From: Eledone cirrhosa
Taxonomy: Eukaryota
Direction: 5' to 3'
DNA: 37,530 nt
Assembly (NCBI GenBank): GCA_964016885.1
Contig: CAXHJY010001671.1
Coordinates: forward strand, 1-37,530
Shown piece after piece: positions 1 to 12,029 of this stretch (positions within the stretch are counted from its first letter, which is position 1; the number at the start of each line of letters is the position of its first letter). Under the pieces are notes generated by a model that worked only from the letters and a program-made list of their open reading frames with translations, was not told the origin of the DNA and made no database searches. Position numbers and translations under genes: made by a program.

Positions 1-490
1 ACTATATATGTGTATCTCTATATATATATGTACACTACAGACATATATATATTACATAGATGTATTTCTATATACATATATACACAGTTGACATATATAC
101 TACAAACGTGTATTCCTACATACATATATACACTACACAGTTATATGCTACATACATGTATGTCTCTATACATATATACACTACACACATATATACTACA
201 GGCGTGTGTTTCTACATATATACTTATATACTATATACACGTGTTTTCTATATACATATATACACTACACACATACACTATAAACACGTGTTTCTATATA
301 TATATATATATATATATATACACTACACACATAGACTATATACACGTGTTTCTATATATATATATACACTATACACATATAGACAACATGCATGTTCACT
401 ACGTACATATACACTATACAGGTATATACTATATACCATGTAAGCTACATAATGTCTACTATAATCATATACACTATTATATATACACCA
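1..490. repeat. Degenerate low-complexity tandem repeat (TATATACACTACAC...CACGTGTTTC motif, about 40-bp period)
   Basis: Recurring tatatacactacac and acacgtgtttctatat words; overlapping ORFs are Y/I/H/T-biased artefacts. Confidence 0.75.
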
Positions 491-566
491 CACAAGAGAA
501 TACACGAGTACGTAGTGTATAACGTGAAAATATATACGATAAAATATAAAATACAACTGTATTAGT

Positions 567-1241
567 ATAGTAAATATATAGTAAATATATAGTAAATATA
601 TAGTAAATATATAGTAAATATATAGCAAATATATAGCAAATATATAGTAAATATATAGTAAATATATAGCAAATATATAGCAAATATATAGTAAATATAT
701 AGCAAATATATAGCAAACATATAGTAAATATATAGTAAATATATAGTAAATATATAGCAAATATATAGTAAATATATAGTAAATATATAGCAAATAAATA
801 GTAAATATATAGTAAATATATAGTAAATATATAGTAAATATATAGCAAATATATAGCAAATATATAGAAAATATATAGTAAATATATAGCAAATATATAG
901 TAAATATATAGTAAATATATAGTAAATATATAGCAAATATATAGTAAATATATAGCAAATATATAGCAAATATATAGTAAATATATAGTAAATATATAGC
1001 AAATATATAGTAAATATATAGTAAATATATAGTAAATATATAGTAAATATATAGCAAATATATAGCAAATATATAGTAAATATATAGTAAATAAATAGTA
1101 AATATATAGTAAATATATAGTAAATATATAGCAAATATATAGTAAATATATAGCAAATATATAGCAAATATATAGTAAATATATAGTAAATATATAGCAA
1201 ATATATAGCAAATATATAATAAATATATAGTAAATATATAG
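567..1241. repeat. 11-bp minisatellite AG(T/C)AAATATAT, about 61 copies
   Basis: Direct reading: units agtaaatatat and agcaaatatat with rare variants. Confidence 0.95.
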
Positions 1242-1556
1242 TGGACTAGAAATATGGAGATAAAAATGGAAATAGAATTCATAAAAGAGAAGGAAAGCAA
1301 TGAAGAAAATATATTTAATGAAACGAAAAAATAAATTATACGATGAAGGCTGCCATGCGTGGTGTTGTGTTCTAGAGAAAGGTTTAGTAATAATTATGGT
1401 AGGATATTTTTCATACATTTATTTCAAATGTATCAGCACTTGTCAGATATTTAGCTGGAGAGTTAGCAATATGAATTTTAAATAAATATTGTGGTTAATA
1501 AATTAGAAGACTTAGCCAATCTTACGTGACTTCTAGCCTCTTATTATTCAAATAAG

Positions 1557-1742
1557 GGCGGTGGATTGGCAATATCGGTAGAGCGTCGGACGTCATGCTT
1601 TGAAGCAAAGAGTTACGGCCCTTTATGATCTGAGTTCAAATCCAGCCGAGGTTAACTTTGCCTTTCATCCTTATGAGGTCGATAAAATAAAGTACCAGTA
1701 ATATACTGAATTATTTCTGGCCTTGTGCCAAAAGTAGAAACA
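1557..1742 (+). mobile_element. tRNA-derived SINE, family A (short variant)
   Basis: A-box-like tggcaatatcggtagagc, B-box gagttcaaatcc, core gcctttcatcc..ggtcgataaaataaagtaccag; 14-bp TSD attattcaaataag at 1543-1556 and 1743-1756; homologous copies elsewhere in the window. Confidence 0.9.
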
Positions 1743-1834
1743 ATTATTCAAATAAGAAAGATGGATTTAGGTAAGTTTAATTGGATATGTAAGATGTAAT
1801 TTTGTTTCACAAGATTAACTCTAAAAAACGAGTC

Positions 1835-2150
1835 TTTGTACCGGTCGCCGTCGAGACCCCAGGCGTCCTCGGACCCCGGGCCGCTGACTACTTCCGTAAA
1901 ATTGGATCGATAGCGGCCTGTCTGGTGAAGGAGCCACGTGAGGTGGGCTGGCTGTTGTAGCGTGTGTCGTTGGCCATTTTCCGCGGAAATGCTTTTGCCA
2001 TCTTGTCAGCGTGGCGCAGCCAAAACATCCCTCTGACATAGGTGTAGAGTCTGTCCCTCTCTTCTCCCCCACCCCCTTCTTTCATCCTTTGTCTAATACT
2101 GCTTGCTCTTCCCTCTCTTTTTCTCTTATTTATTGCATTTATACTCTTTT
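1835..2150 (+). mobile_element. CRE-type (restriction-like endonuclease) non-LTR retrotransposon, 3' end fragment
   Basis: 1835-2041 translates FVPVAVETPGVLGPRA...WLL*RVSLAIFRGNAFAILS, matching the CRE C-terminal FxPxAxETxG...QRxSxAxxRGNA motifs; one in-frame stop; pyrimidine-rich 3' UTR follows. Confidence 0.8.
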
Positions 2151-2914
2151 CAAACACGAGATGTACGACGTAATATCAAACCTCTTACAATACATATTTT
2201 TATAAAGTGAAATGTATATCTGTATGTATATGTATATGTGTATGTATATGTATATGTATATGTGTTTGTATATGTGTATATATGTAACCATGCGTATGGG
2301 AGAATGTAAGCGGTTTAGAGTGTCAAGGGGGGGATCTATCTGCGGTAGGTATTCTTACACGTTTTTCGAGCAGAGCTTTTCTGCTGTTGGTTCCCGCCAG
2401 ACGCTCAACTCACCCCAGCTACCTTACTCCCCATCCCAGGCAAGGATGTTGATAGGGTAACTAAACAAACTTGACGGTAACCGGTGATACTTAAAATGTT
2501 GGGGAAATTAGGTGAGGGATTATCTTCCTACATATATGAAAACTGTATTTTAGAAAGAGAATGTGTGTGAGAGAGAGAGGGGAGAGGGTGGGGAGAGAGA
2601 GAAATAGAAAGACATAGAAAGAGAGAAAGGGGGCAACCCCTACATACATACATACACACATGTATATATAACAGAAAAGTGTAATTTATTAAATAGTATG
2701 GTGTATCATTCGTAATAATAATTTTAAAAAATAATGAAATGATTGTGTACAGTGCTCAGGTGCACTACAACTCATCAAAGGTGCATGTATAGTACATAGA
2801 ATAATGTACAAATGTCAGAAAAAGGAACAGTGTACGAGTCATGGAATACATGTGTGCGTGTGTATGGAAGGGGGATATCAGGTATAGTGTTGGCGAATCT
2901 CAGGAAGCATAATA

Positions 2915-2967
2915 CACCATGATCCAGTGTTTCGGATCGTCGAGTGCTGGACAATCATCAGATGATA
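2915..2967 (-). ncRNA. Degenerate minimal hammerhead ribozyme
   Basis: Minus strand tatcat-CTGATGA-ttgtc..gacgatcc-GAAA-cactgga-TC-atggtg; stem I pairs with wobbles, stems II and III imperfect. Confidence 0.45.
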
Positions 2968-3050
2968 AAAAAAATCCTACTTTAATATCAGCGATGTATA
3001 ATGGATATTGTGACATATGGGTATAGAACCATCTGAATAGAGCGACATTT

Positions 3051-3119
<69 letters not shown>

Positions 3120-3167
3120 TATATCAATGATATTAATAAATGGAAACTATATTTATAAAACCATATT

Positions 3168-3228
3168 TATTCTATTATATATATTTCAAGGGTACCAAAA
3201 CTTTGGTACGCCCTCATCAGATCAAATA
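3168..3228 (-). ncRNA. Minimal hammerhead ribozyme (Penelope pLTR type)
   Basis: Minus strand tatttgat-CTGATGA-gggcgtaccaaagttttggtaccctt-GAAA-tatata-TA-atagaata, with AATAAA overlapping its 3' end; strong stem II, palindromic stem III, imperfect stem I. Confidence 0.7.
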
Positions 3229-3545
3229 CAAAGTTTGTTTTATAAATATTGACATATCCAGGAATGAAACCTTAACGGTTCAAGTTTCACCTGGATAATG
3301 AAACGAAAGAGAGAAAAAAAAGCGGAAGAGAGGAAAAAACAGACATTTCAAATTATTTTGATGAATATGCAAATGAGGTTGAGGCGTAAGGCTGAAAAAA
3401 CGTTATTTTTAGACGCTAGGTAGATTTAAATAATTATTAGGATATATATATGTATATATAGGAAGAAGAAAGAAAGAAAAGCTTGTATTTATATTACTAC
3501 AATGTAGGTGAATTTAAAAAGATTGAAACGTTAAATATCCCTTTG

Positions 3546-3605
<60 letters not shown>

Positions 3606-3611
<6 letters not shown>

Positions 3612-4359
3612 ATTGCAGAAACTAATTAGTTGGAGTGAAAATTTTAGTAAGTAAGTTAATTTTTAAAAATTTTTTTTAAATTTTCTTATTTTACGTCTTT
3701 TATATTATTGTTCTGCATCCTCCTGCATTGAACCACCTAGGTACTATGACATAACCTGTGTATTTGCTGGCATTAGCGTACATCTGTACGCATATGTTAG
3801 TAGATATACTAAATTCTCTATATTTATCTCCAAATTACTTATTTGTCGAGCAAACCTGCCAAAACCACTACTAATTTTTTGGTGTGTTAGTAGGCTTCTG
3901 TCATCTTACCATCACACTCCTACCGACTAGCCTCTGTGTCACGTGAATGATTCTTTAGAATCTGCCATTTGACCAGCGACAGCGAGATTTTCAGTACATG
4001 GAATCCAGTCCCCGCTAGCTGTTCCATTTACCGAATTATTATTATTTTTATATGAGTCCCCAGTGTCCGCGCATTGCCTGGAGACTTAGCTGAGAATAGA
4101 CTCCCCGATGACGCAATGAATTCTCGACAGTTTATTACGTAACTGTCTTTATCCCATTGCAGAAACTAATTAGTTGGAGTGAAAATTTTAGTAAGTAAGT
4201 TAATTTAAAAAAAACATTTTTTAAATTTTCTTATTTTACGTCTTTTATATTATTGTTCTGCATCCTCCTGCATTGAATCACCTAGGTACTATGACATAAC
4301 CTGTGTATTTGCTGGAATTAGCGTACATCTGTACGCATATGTTAGTAGATATACTAAAT

Positions 4360-4364
<5 letters not shown>
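3606..4364 (+). mobile_element. Penelope-like partial-tandem pseudo-LTR remnant
   Basis: Near-identical direct repeats of about 215 bp at 3606-3819 and 4150-4364; the repeat starts inside a hammerhead motif; flanked by (TA)n and (CT)n(TA)n. Confidence 0.7.
4100..4180 (+). ncRNA. Hammerhead ribozyme with CCGAUGA core variant and extended stem II
   Basis: actcc-CCGATGA-cgcaatg...(gacagtt/aactgtc)...cattgca-GAAA-ctaattag-TT-ggagt; 5-bp stem I, palindromic stem III, GUU triplet. Confidence 0.75.
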
Positions 4365-4395
<31 letters not shown>

Positions 4396-4396
4396 A

Positions 4397-4456
4397 TAAA
4401 ATAACAGATTAAAGTTTCGGAGCGATTCTTTGCTTAAACTTTAATCTGTTATTTTA
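4397..4456. repeat. 21-bp perfect inverted repeat with 18-bp spacer
   Basis: taaaataacagattaaagttt (4397-4417) and aaactttaatctgttatttta (4436-4456), abutting a (TA)n tract. Confidence 0.85.
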
Positions 4457-4718
4457 ATAAATATTTGCTCTACGGTTCTTATATATTTGATATAAGACGC
4501 TAACTACTCACATCGTTAATATACTAATATCGTACCCTGGTATTCATATTTTTAAATATCACACAGACACTAATTCAACGGAGACACAGGAATTATTTGC
4601 AGAGGAAGTCAACCATGTGTGTATTGAATACAAAACAATAAATTTGGTATAAGGAATTCTTTGGGAACAAAAATATAACACTTGCTATTTGTAATAATTG
4701 CCACGATAATGAATAATT

Positions 4719-4772
<54 letters not shown>

Positions 4773-4789
4773 TGTGTATATATATAGAA

Positions 4790-5086
4790 GGCTCCTGTTG
4801 GTCACTAATTGAAAGTTTCCCTCCGAAGCACAAGCCCGAGCAAGGTTTGTTTGTGGAAGACAAGCAGTCGCTCATGCATACCAGTCTCCCCTCTCCACGC
4901 CATTGATGTTGTCTAAGTGAAAGGTAATGGCTGATAAAGCTAGGTACTCATTTCTACAGCTGAGTGAGCTGGAGCAACGTGAAATAAAGTCTCTTGATTA
5001 AGGACATAACGCACCACCCGTTCCGAGAATCGACTTCACAACCTCTCAATTGAAAGTCCAACCCTCTAACCAGTAAACCATGTGCC
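4790..5086 (-). mobile_element. tRNA-derived CORE-type SINE
   Basis: Minus strand begins with a tRNA-like head ggcacatggtttactggttagag..gtcgattctcgg, then CORE-like tgtccttaatcaagagactttatttcacgttgctccagctcactcagctgtagaaatgagtacc; related to 21473-21625. Confidence 0.7.
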
Positions 5087-6309
5087 ATCACATATATAAT
5101 ATATTGAAAATGTAATAAAATGTGATCATTGCACTTGGCTTTTCAATGTTTACTCACAGGGTTAGTTCTAGTCAGAAGTGAAGAATAAAATTCATCTCTA
5201 ATTAAACGTTAATGAATAACAGAGTGTGGTACTGTAGATTTAACCAAAGGCCTGGCAGTATAACAAACCATTAATTTATTAATGAAACCATATTAAATGG
5301 AACCATGTCACAAACCTTTTTGAACTGAAAATATTCTTTTTCACCATTTTATAAATATTATACAAGAATTTTTGCTTCGATTATTTCATTAAAATAACAC
5401 AGGGTAAAATATTCCGATAAATCAACGTTCGTGACAAAGTTTCAGTATTTAATATAACAAAAATTACATCGTGGAAGAGTCTATCATTGTAGCCATTAAA
5501 AGGAAGACTTACAGAAACTATTAAATTTACTTTACATTTATCATTTACTATTTATTGTCAGAATCGTTAATATACCTTCTGAGTTGCAGTAGAGCGCGAG
5601 AGAAGATTCGCATCCATGATCTTTATATAGTTTCAGGTCGTAGGAAGAGAATAAGATAAGGTAGCAACAGTAGTTTTATGATATTATATAAAAGATAGCT
5701 TTATACCATGATATCGAAGGCAGTTTTATATAGCTAGAACTGTGTTAGTAACCGGGTAGCAAAAAGAAGGATGAAAATTTCGACACCAGGAAATATATGA
5801 TAATAAATATGAAGTGAATTTAACAGTTTTTATGGTGGTGGTGGGTGGTGGTGGTTGGGGTGGGGTCATGGCTAAAAGAAAACAAAAACCTCTTCCACGT
5901 AATTGCTTTAATTGTGACACATGATCTCAATTCAAGTTACCCCTCAAACAAATAAAACCTTATGAGACACGTCAGTTATGTCTTATACAGATCTATATTT
6001 TGGCCTGGTTTCTACAGCTGGATGTTCTTCCTAACCTCATTACAGTCGCTGGCGTTAGAAAGTTCAATGTTTATAGTATGTTTATTAGTATACAGATCTT
6101 TGAAAATTTGCAGTAAACTAAAGTATAGACTTCAATTTATAATGTGATAGTCATAGTACTGTTTTGTACTTTCTAAGAATGTTTTCCTAATGTGGTTTAA
6201 CTCTAAAATACAAAATGAATTTTGGAAATTATATGACTAATCTACGATATCCAAAATAAGCCAGTATGTTGTCTTTGTACAAATATATACGTTTAAATAT
6301 TATAAAATA

Positions 6310-6847
6310 CTAGCAGTGGGTCTCGGCGTTGCACGGGATAAGGTATTTTGGAATGCGGGCCGCCAACAGACCTAATCGTGGAAAAACTGCATGCCTTGAC
6401 AATATATAAAAAAAATAAACCGAATACTCTGATGGCTGGATAATCTAAGATTTTCCTCGATGAAGCAGAAAAATGCAGGTTTTCACCTAATGAGAGCCCT
6501 ATGGGATCAAGAAAATGAATTCTTTTTATGCGCATAATATGCCTTGAAATTTCGGGAAAATTGGCTAGACGTAACGCCTCAAAAAAGCCTTAAAAAGCTG
6601 AAAAAATGAAGTTTTTCACCTATGCTTGCCCTAGGCCATAAAAAAGTTGGATTTTCTTTGCTCACGGTATGAAGAAGAGACTTACTAATACATAGTTACG
6701 ATTTCAAGGACATCGGTCTGACGTAACGCCTCAAAAAAACCTTAAAAAGCTTTAAAAAAGGCAGTTTTTCACCAAATGCAGGCCCTAGGGGATCAATAAG
6801 ACACACACACGCACACAGACAGACATCCTCAGTTTTATATATATAGA
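6310..6847 (-). mobile_element. Non-autonomous Helitron
   Basis: Minus strand starts TCtatatatataaaa followed by a (TGTC)/(TG) microsatellite and ends cccgtgcaacgccgag hairpin..CTAG; inserted between A and T; internal 130-150-bp tandem repeats (gacgtaacgcctcaaaaaa at about 6568 and 6720). Confidence 0.8.
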
Positions 6848-6848
6848 T

Positions 6849-7140
6849 CAACTTTATCCTTCCTCAACACATTACTGGCCTTGTGCCTAAATTAGAAATA
6901 AATTGGATTGGTAATATCTGTAGATGGATTGGCAGTAATAGGTAGAGCGCCAGACACCATGCTTTGCAGTATATAGATACGGCTCTTTATGTTCTGCGTT
7001 CAAATCCTGCCGAAGTTAACTTTGCCTTTCATCCTTACGGGGTCGATAAAATAAAGTACCAGTAATACACTGAGGTTGATTTAATCGACTTTCCTCTCCC
7101 CAAAAATGATGGCCTTGTTCCTAAATTAGAAACCAATATT
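6849..7140 (+). mobile_element. SINE family A: 3' tail fragment (6849-6905) plus full copy (6921-7140, long variant)
   Basis: A-box tggcagtaataggtagagc, B-box gttcaaatcc, core ggtcgataaaataaagtaccag, tail ggccttgt..cctaaattagaaa. Confidence 0.85.
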
Positions 7141-8033
7141 ATAAACCTTTCAGGGTAACATTGCAACTTAACTGAGAATCGATATTCTAACTTCGATGAT
7201 TTGAAGAGAATAATATCTTTAGCGTTACTGAGAATATGATCGTTCTTAAATTTAGTAACATTAAGGATATCTTTAGTATTCTATGACAATAAACGGCTTA
7301 AATAGAGTTTCTCATCCACCAATGAAAACCTTATAAGATGCATAGAAGAGAAAATAGCTTCCTTTTATTCTGCAACACCTTATATTATGTAATATTTTGA
7401 TCCTTGCAATGGTGTTTATTTATTTGATATCTCGCTTGCATGTCACAGCAACCTAATATTTGCATCAAGCAGTGAAAGTAACATTAAATCTAACAACATT
7501 TACTGACAGCAGTTTACACGAATCATTTGTTGAAGATTTTCTTTTCTTTTTTCAGTATAGTTACGGGAATATAATAGTTGCCATGCGTAACATGAATCGT
7601 AAACACGACACAATACAAATATAGCATCATAGAAATAAACATACATTTAACTAGAAGTCATTAGAAGAGGTTAAAAATCCCATATTATACAATGTGTAAA
7701 TCGTCATAATATTGAACATAAAATAATATTCAAGAAATGTAGTAATTAATTAACTGTAAATATCTTACAACGAACACTTTAGCAAGGCTCCCCCCCCCCC
7801 CCCCAATTGCCCTCGTGTTGACATTCTACAGCAAACGTCCATTAAGCAAAGGAAAGAATCTGATGAAACTAGTGATGACATGTAGCATGTCAAACACCCT
7901 TTCCAGAGACTTCCATGAAATATCTACTGCATGCAAATAAATATTGGAAATACTATACGAGAGATAACATTACCAACTAATGTTTCACCTCTCATAGAAA
8001 GCTTTCTCTTTTTCATATTTGATTTGTAATAAT

Positions 8034-8220
8034 TGTTTCTACTTTTGGCACAAGGCCAGCAATGACCCAGTACATTACTGGTACTTTATTTTATCGACGC
8101 CGTAAGGATAAAAGGTAAAGTTAACCTCGGCGGTATTTGAACTCAGACCGTAAAGGACCGTCACTCTTTGCTACAAAGCATGGTATCCGACCCTCTACCA
8201 ATATTGCCAATCCACCGCCC
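8034..8220 (-). mobile_element. SINE family A (short variant)
   Basis: Reverse-strand homologue of the 1557-1742 copy; 16-bp TSD tttgatttgtaataat at 8018-8033 and 8223-8238. Confidence 0.9.
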
Positions 8221-8394
8221 TCTTTGATTTGTAATAATGATATCATACACCGTTGTCTTCTCGTGTTGTCATAGTTTTCATTATCTTTGTCCTCACTTGT
8301 TGAAATTATAGGAAACAGTAGCCCTCTTTTCATCATTCTCATCAAAGTTCAACACTCTAATATTAATACTTAGCTCCTCTGTGACCTCTCATGG

Positions 8395-8790
8395 TATCGC
8401 TTCAACATCCTTATATACACATTTTATACACGTGTATAACTCTGTTATGTTTACACATGATATCCTTCCAACACTTTCCTACACATATTTCATACTCGTG
8501 TATAGCTTCCTGTATATTATATCCCTTCAACACCCTCCTACCCATATTTCATACTCGTGTATAACTCTCTGTATATTATATCACTTCAAGGCTGTCATAC
8601 GCATATTTCATATTTCTGTATAACACAATATATGTCTATCCTTTCAACATCCTCATACACATATTCCATACTCATGTATAGCTCCCTGTTATGTTTACAC
8701 AGGATATCCTTCAACATCCTAATATACATATTTCATACCCATATATAGCTGTCTGTATATTATATCACTTGACACCCTCATATACATACG
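8395..8790. repeat. Degenerate minisatellite of about 60 bp, about 7 copies
   Basis: Recurring atccttcaacatcctcatacacatatttcatactcgtgtata motif. Confidence 0.75.
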
Positions 8791-10192
8791 AATTAGCAGA
8801 GTCATTAGAACGTCAGATAGAATGCTTTGCATTCTTCGTTCCGGCTCCCTGCTCTCTGATTTTATATCCCACTGAGGCCTTTCATCCTTTCAAGGTCGAT
8901 AAAAAAAGTACCAGTGTAGTACTGGAGTCGTTTCAAGGTCGATAATAAAAATACCAGTGTAGTACTGGAGTCGTTTCAAGGTCGATAAGAAAAATACCAG
9001 TGTAGTACTGGAGTCGTTTCAAGGTCGATAATAAAAATACCAGTGTAGTACTGGAGTCGTTTCAAGGTCGATAATAAAAATACCAGTTTAGTACTGTAGT
9101 CGTTTCAAGGTCGATAAGAAAAATACCAGTGTAGTACTGGAGTCGTTTCAAGGTCGATAAGAAAAATACCAGTTTAGTACTGGAGTCGTTTCAAGGTCGA
9201 TAAGAAAAATACCAGTTTAGTACTGGAGTCGTTTCAAGGTCGATAAGAAAAATACCAGTTTAGTACTGGAGTCGTTTCAAGGTCGATAAGAAAAATACCA
9301 GTTTAGTACTGGAGTCGTTTCAAGGTCGATAAGAAAAATACCAGTTTAGTACTGTAGTCGTTTCAAGGTCGATAAGAAAAATACCAGTTTAGTACTGGAG
9401 TCGTTTCAAGGTCGATAAGAAAAATACCAGTTTAGTACTGGAGTCGTTTCAAGGTCGATAAGAAAAATACCAGTTTAGTACTGGAGTCGTTTCAAGGTCG
9501 ATAAGAAAAATACCAGTTTAGTACTGGAGTCGTTTCAAGGTCGATAAGAAAAATACCAGTTTAGTACTGGAGTCGTTTCAAGGTCGATAAGAAAAATACC
9601 AGTTTAGTACTGGAGTCGTTTCAAGGTCGATAAGAAAAATACCAGTTTAGTACTGGAGTCGTTTCAAGGTCGATAAGAAAAATACCAGTTTAGTACTGGA
9701 GTCGTTTCAAGGTCGATAAGAAAAATACCAGTTTAGTACTGGAGTCGTTTCAAGGTCGATAAGAAAAATACCAGTTTAGTACTGGAGTCGTTTCAAGGTC
9801 GATAAGAAAAATACCAGTTTAGTACTGGAGTCGTTTCAAGGTCGATAAGAAAAATACCAGTTTAGTACTGGAGTCGTTTCAAGGTCGATAAGAAAAATAC
9901 CAGTTTAGTACTGGAGTCGTTTCAAGGTCGATAAGAAAAATACCAGTTTAGTACTGGAGTCGTTTCAAGGTCGATAAGAAAAATACCAGTTTAGTACTGG
10001 AGTCGTTTCTTATTCCATATCCCTTTCTCAATTCCATTCTTTCACTCTCCCTATTCTTCTTTGGAATAAATCCGCTGTATTCAGACCTGGAGAAGAAATA
10101 GGCTCCATCAGGTTTCAATATGCCCCAGAAACGCCGTATGCTACTGCGGCGCTCGTACGACTCCATCAGGAGTTACAAAACCATACCATACA
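8790..10192 (+). mobile_element. tRNA-derived SINE family B with internal tandem expansion
   Basis: Head 8790-8890 and tail 10009-10192 align with the reverse complement of 22762-23087; central core segment amplified in tandem. Confidence 0.8.
8888..10009 (+). repeat. 43-bp tandem array, about 26 copies (tttcaaggtcgataagaaaaataccagtttagtactggagtcg)
   Basis: Period measured directly (cgataag at 9241 and 9284); no spacers. Confidence 0.95.
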
Positions 10193-10204
10193 ACCATTAT
10201 TATA

Positions 10205-10389
10205 ACGGTGGATTGGCAGTATCGGTAGAGGCTCGGATGCCATGCTTTGCAGCAAAGAGTTACGGCCCTTTATGGTCTGAGTTCAAATCCCGCCGAGGTT
10301 AACTTTGCCTTTCATCCTTACGGAGTCGATAAAATAAAGTACCAGTAATGTACTGGGTAATTGCTGGCCTTTTGCCAAAAGTAGAAACA
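10205..10389 (+). mobile_element. SINE family A (short variant)
   Basis: High similarity to 1557-1742; possible 9-bp TSD attattata at 10196-10204 and 10390-10398. Confidence 0.9.
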
Positions 10390-11433
10390 ATTATTATAGT
10401 AATTTACACTGGGACGACTAAATTTCAAATTTATAATTTTCCCAGTGTTTCTTAAGTCAACCGGATGCTCAAACGTCTAGCTACAGGATTAAAATATTCT
10501 AAAAGGCGGCAATCGGTGGCAAGAGTTTCCCTAGCGTGACGGTTAACGAACTCACCCAACATTCGAGAGATACAGGATTTGCTAACTCGCTTGCGCCTCT
10601 TTTCAAGTGTCTCCGTCCCCAGGGATGTTTATCTTATTTCCTAAACTATTATTCAACTAATATACATAGTGATGTAGTATTACTATAATTATTTACGTTG
10701 GGATGATTTCATTTCTACGTCATATTTTCGAAAGAATTGTACGAACAATGTATCATCGTAAATTCACCTACGTCGCGATAACTGCTGAACCTTGAATAGA
10801 TTCAAAATGGATCTGAGGAGCCTTCTTAGTATTTGTCGATCGCTATAGACACAGCGTGATGAAATATAATTGTGGTCGTGATTTAATCATTGTTCTCAGT
10901 TTCAGCTTTAATTAACGATACTTGACCACAATATCAAATCATTAAATCATGAAAATCTAACTACAAGTTATAACAAAGCATTTTGTTCTCATTAAAAAGT
11001 ATTATGTGAGGGACATATATGAGGAAATGGATTTGTTTACTAAGAAATTAATGACCCATATATCAATAATTCCTCTTCCATGCTAGTAATGTAACAACTG
11101 TAATACCTTTTCCCCATTCCCCAACATATGATAATTCGACCCTTTAAGTAACATTTGTAAACCGTTACATTAAAAGATAACATCACTAATATAAAACAAA
11201 ATGTGCTAAATTTAATATGATCAACTAAAACAGTTGATGGTGCCTCAGCCTTATCACAATAAACATATATTTCAAAGAGTTGTTTTGAAATAGATTATGA
11301 TGATGTGTAGAAACTTATCAACGTGAAGAGCATATTTTTTGCCAGTTAACTTTTTAGGGTCAATGGCACAATACATGTACAATACACACCAAGGTGAGTT
11401 ACTACACAATGATTCGAGTATTTTAAAAATATT

Positions 11434-12029
11434 GGTTTCTGATTTAGGCACAATGCCAGCAATTTTGGGGAGGGAAAATTCGAGTAAATCGACCCCAGTA
11501 CGTTCTGGTACATTATTTTATCGACCCCGCCTGGATGCAACGATACCCAGTTCCGTTTTCTTATAAATGTGATGTATTGTGCTTTGTCAAAACTAGATAA
11601 TATCGAAGAAGTGTGATGTGACCTGTAGGTGTTGTTCTCGTAACCTGGATTCGATAATTAGTCATAGGAAAGGAATGAACATCATACAATCTCACAAGGC
11701 CAACAATTTTCTGGGAGAGGAAATTCGATTAAATCTACTCCAGTGCGTTACTGGTACTTTATTTTATCGACCCCGTAAGGATGAAAAGTAAAGCTAATAA
11801 TGATCATAATTGTTTCTACATTAGGCGCAAGACCAGCAATTTTGGGGTAGGGGAGAAATCGATTAAATCGACCCCTGTGCATTACTGGTGCTTTATTTTA
11901 TCGACTCTGAAAAGATGAGAAGCAAAGCTAAGCTTGGCGGGATGTGAACTCAGAGTGTAAAGTGTCGTAACTCTATGCTGCAATGCGGAGTGTCTAACGC
12001 TCTACCGATACTTCCAATCCACCAGCCTT
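11434..12029 (-). mobile_element. Composite of SINE family A: one full copy (11806-12028) and two 3' halves (11693-11795, 11434-11530)
   Basis: All three carry the ctggtac..tattttatcgac core; the whole block is flanked by the 17-bp direct repeat agtattttaaaaatatt (11417-11433, 12030-12046). Confidence 0.8.

Noticed and set aside
10-1418. Long Y/I-rich ORFs
   Set aside because: Translations of low-complexity and 11-bp repeats that lack stop codons by chance
1557-1650. tRNA gene
   Set aside because: A and B boxes are present but there is no cloverleaf; it continues into a SINE body with a TSD
2290-2910. Possible further LINE UTR fragments (2290-2460 and 2730-2910)
   Set aside because: They look repeat-like but have no diagnostic motif or second copy in the window; needs a Dfam/Repbase search
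7856-7930. Hammerhead at CTGATGA (7860)
   Set aside because: No stem I complement and no palindromic stem III after the next GAAA
8888-10009. CRISPR-like array (43-bp repeats with an internal hairpin)
   Set aside because: Units are contiguous with no unique spacers, there are no cas genes, the context is eukaryotic, and the unit derives from a SINE
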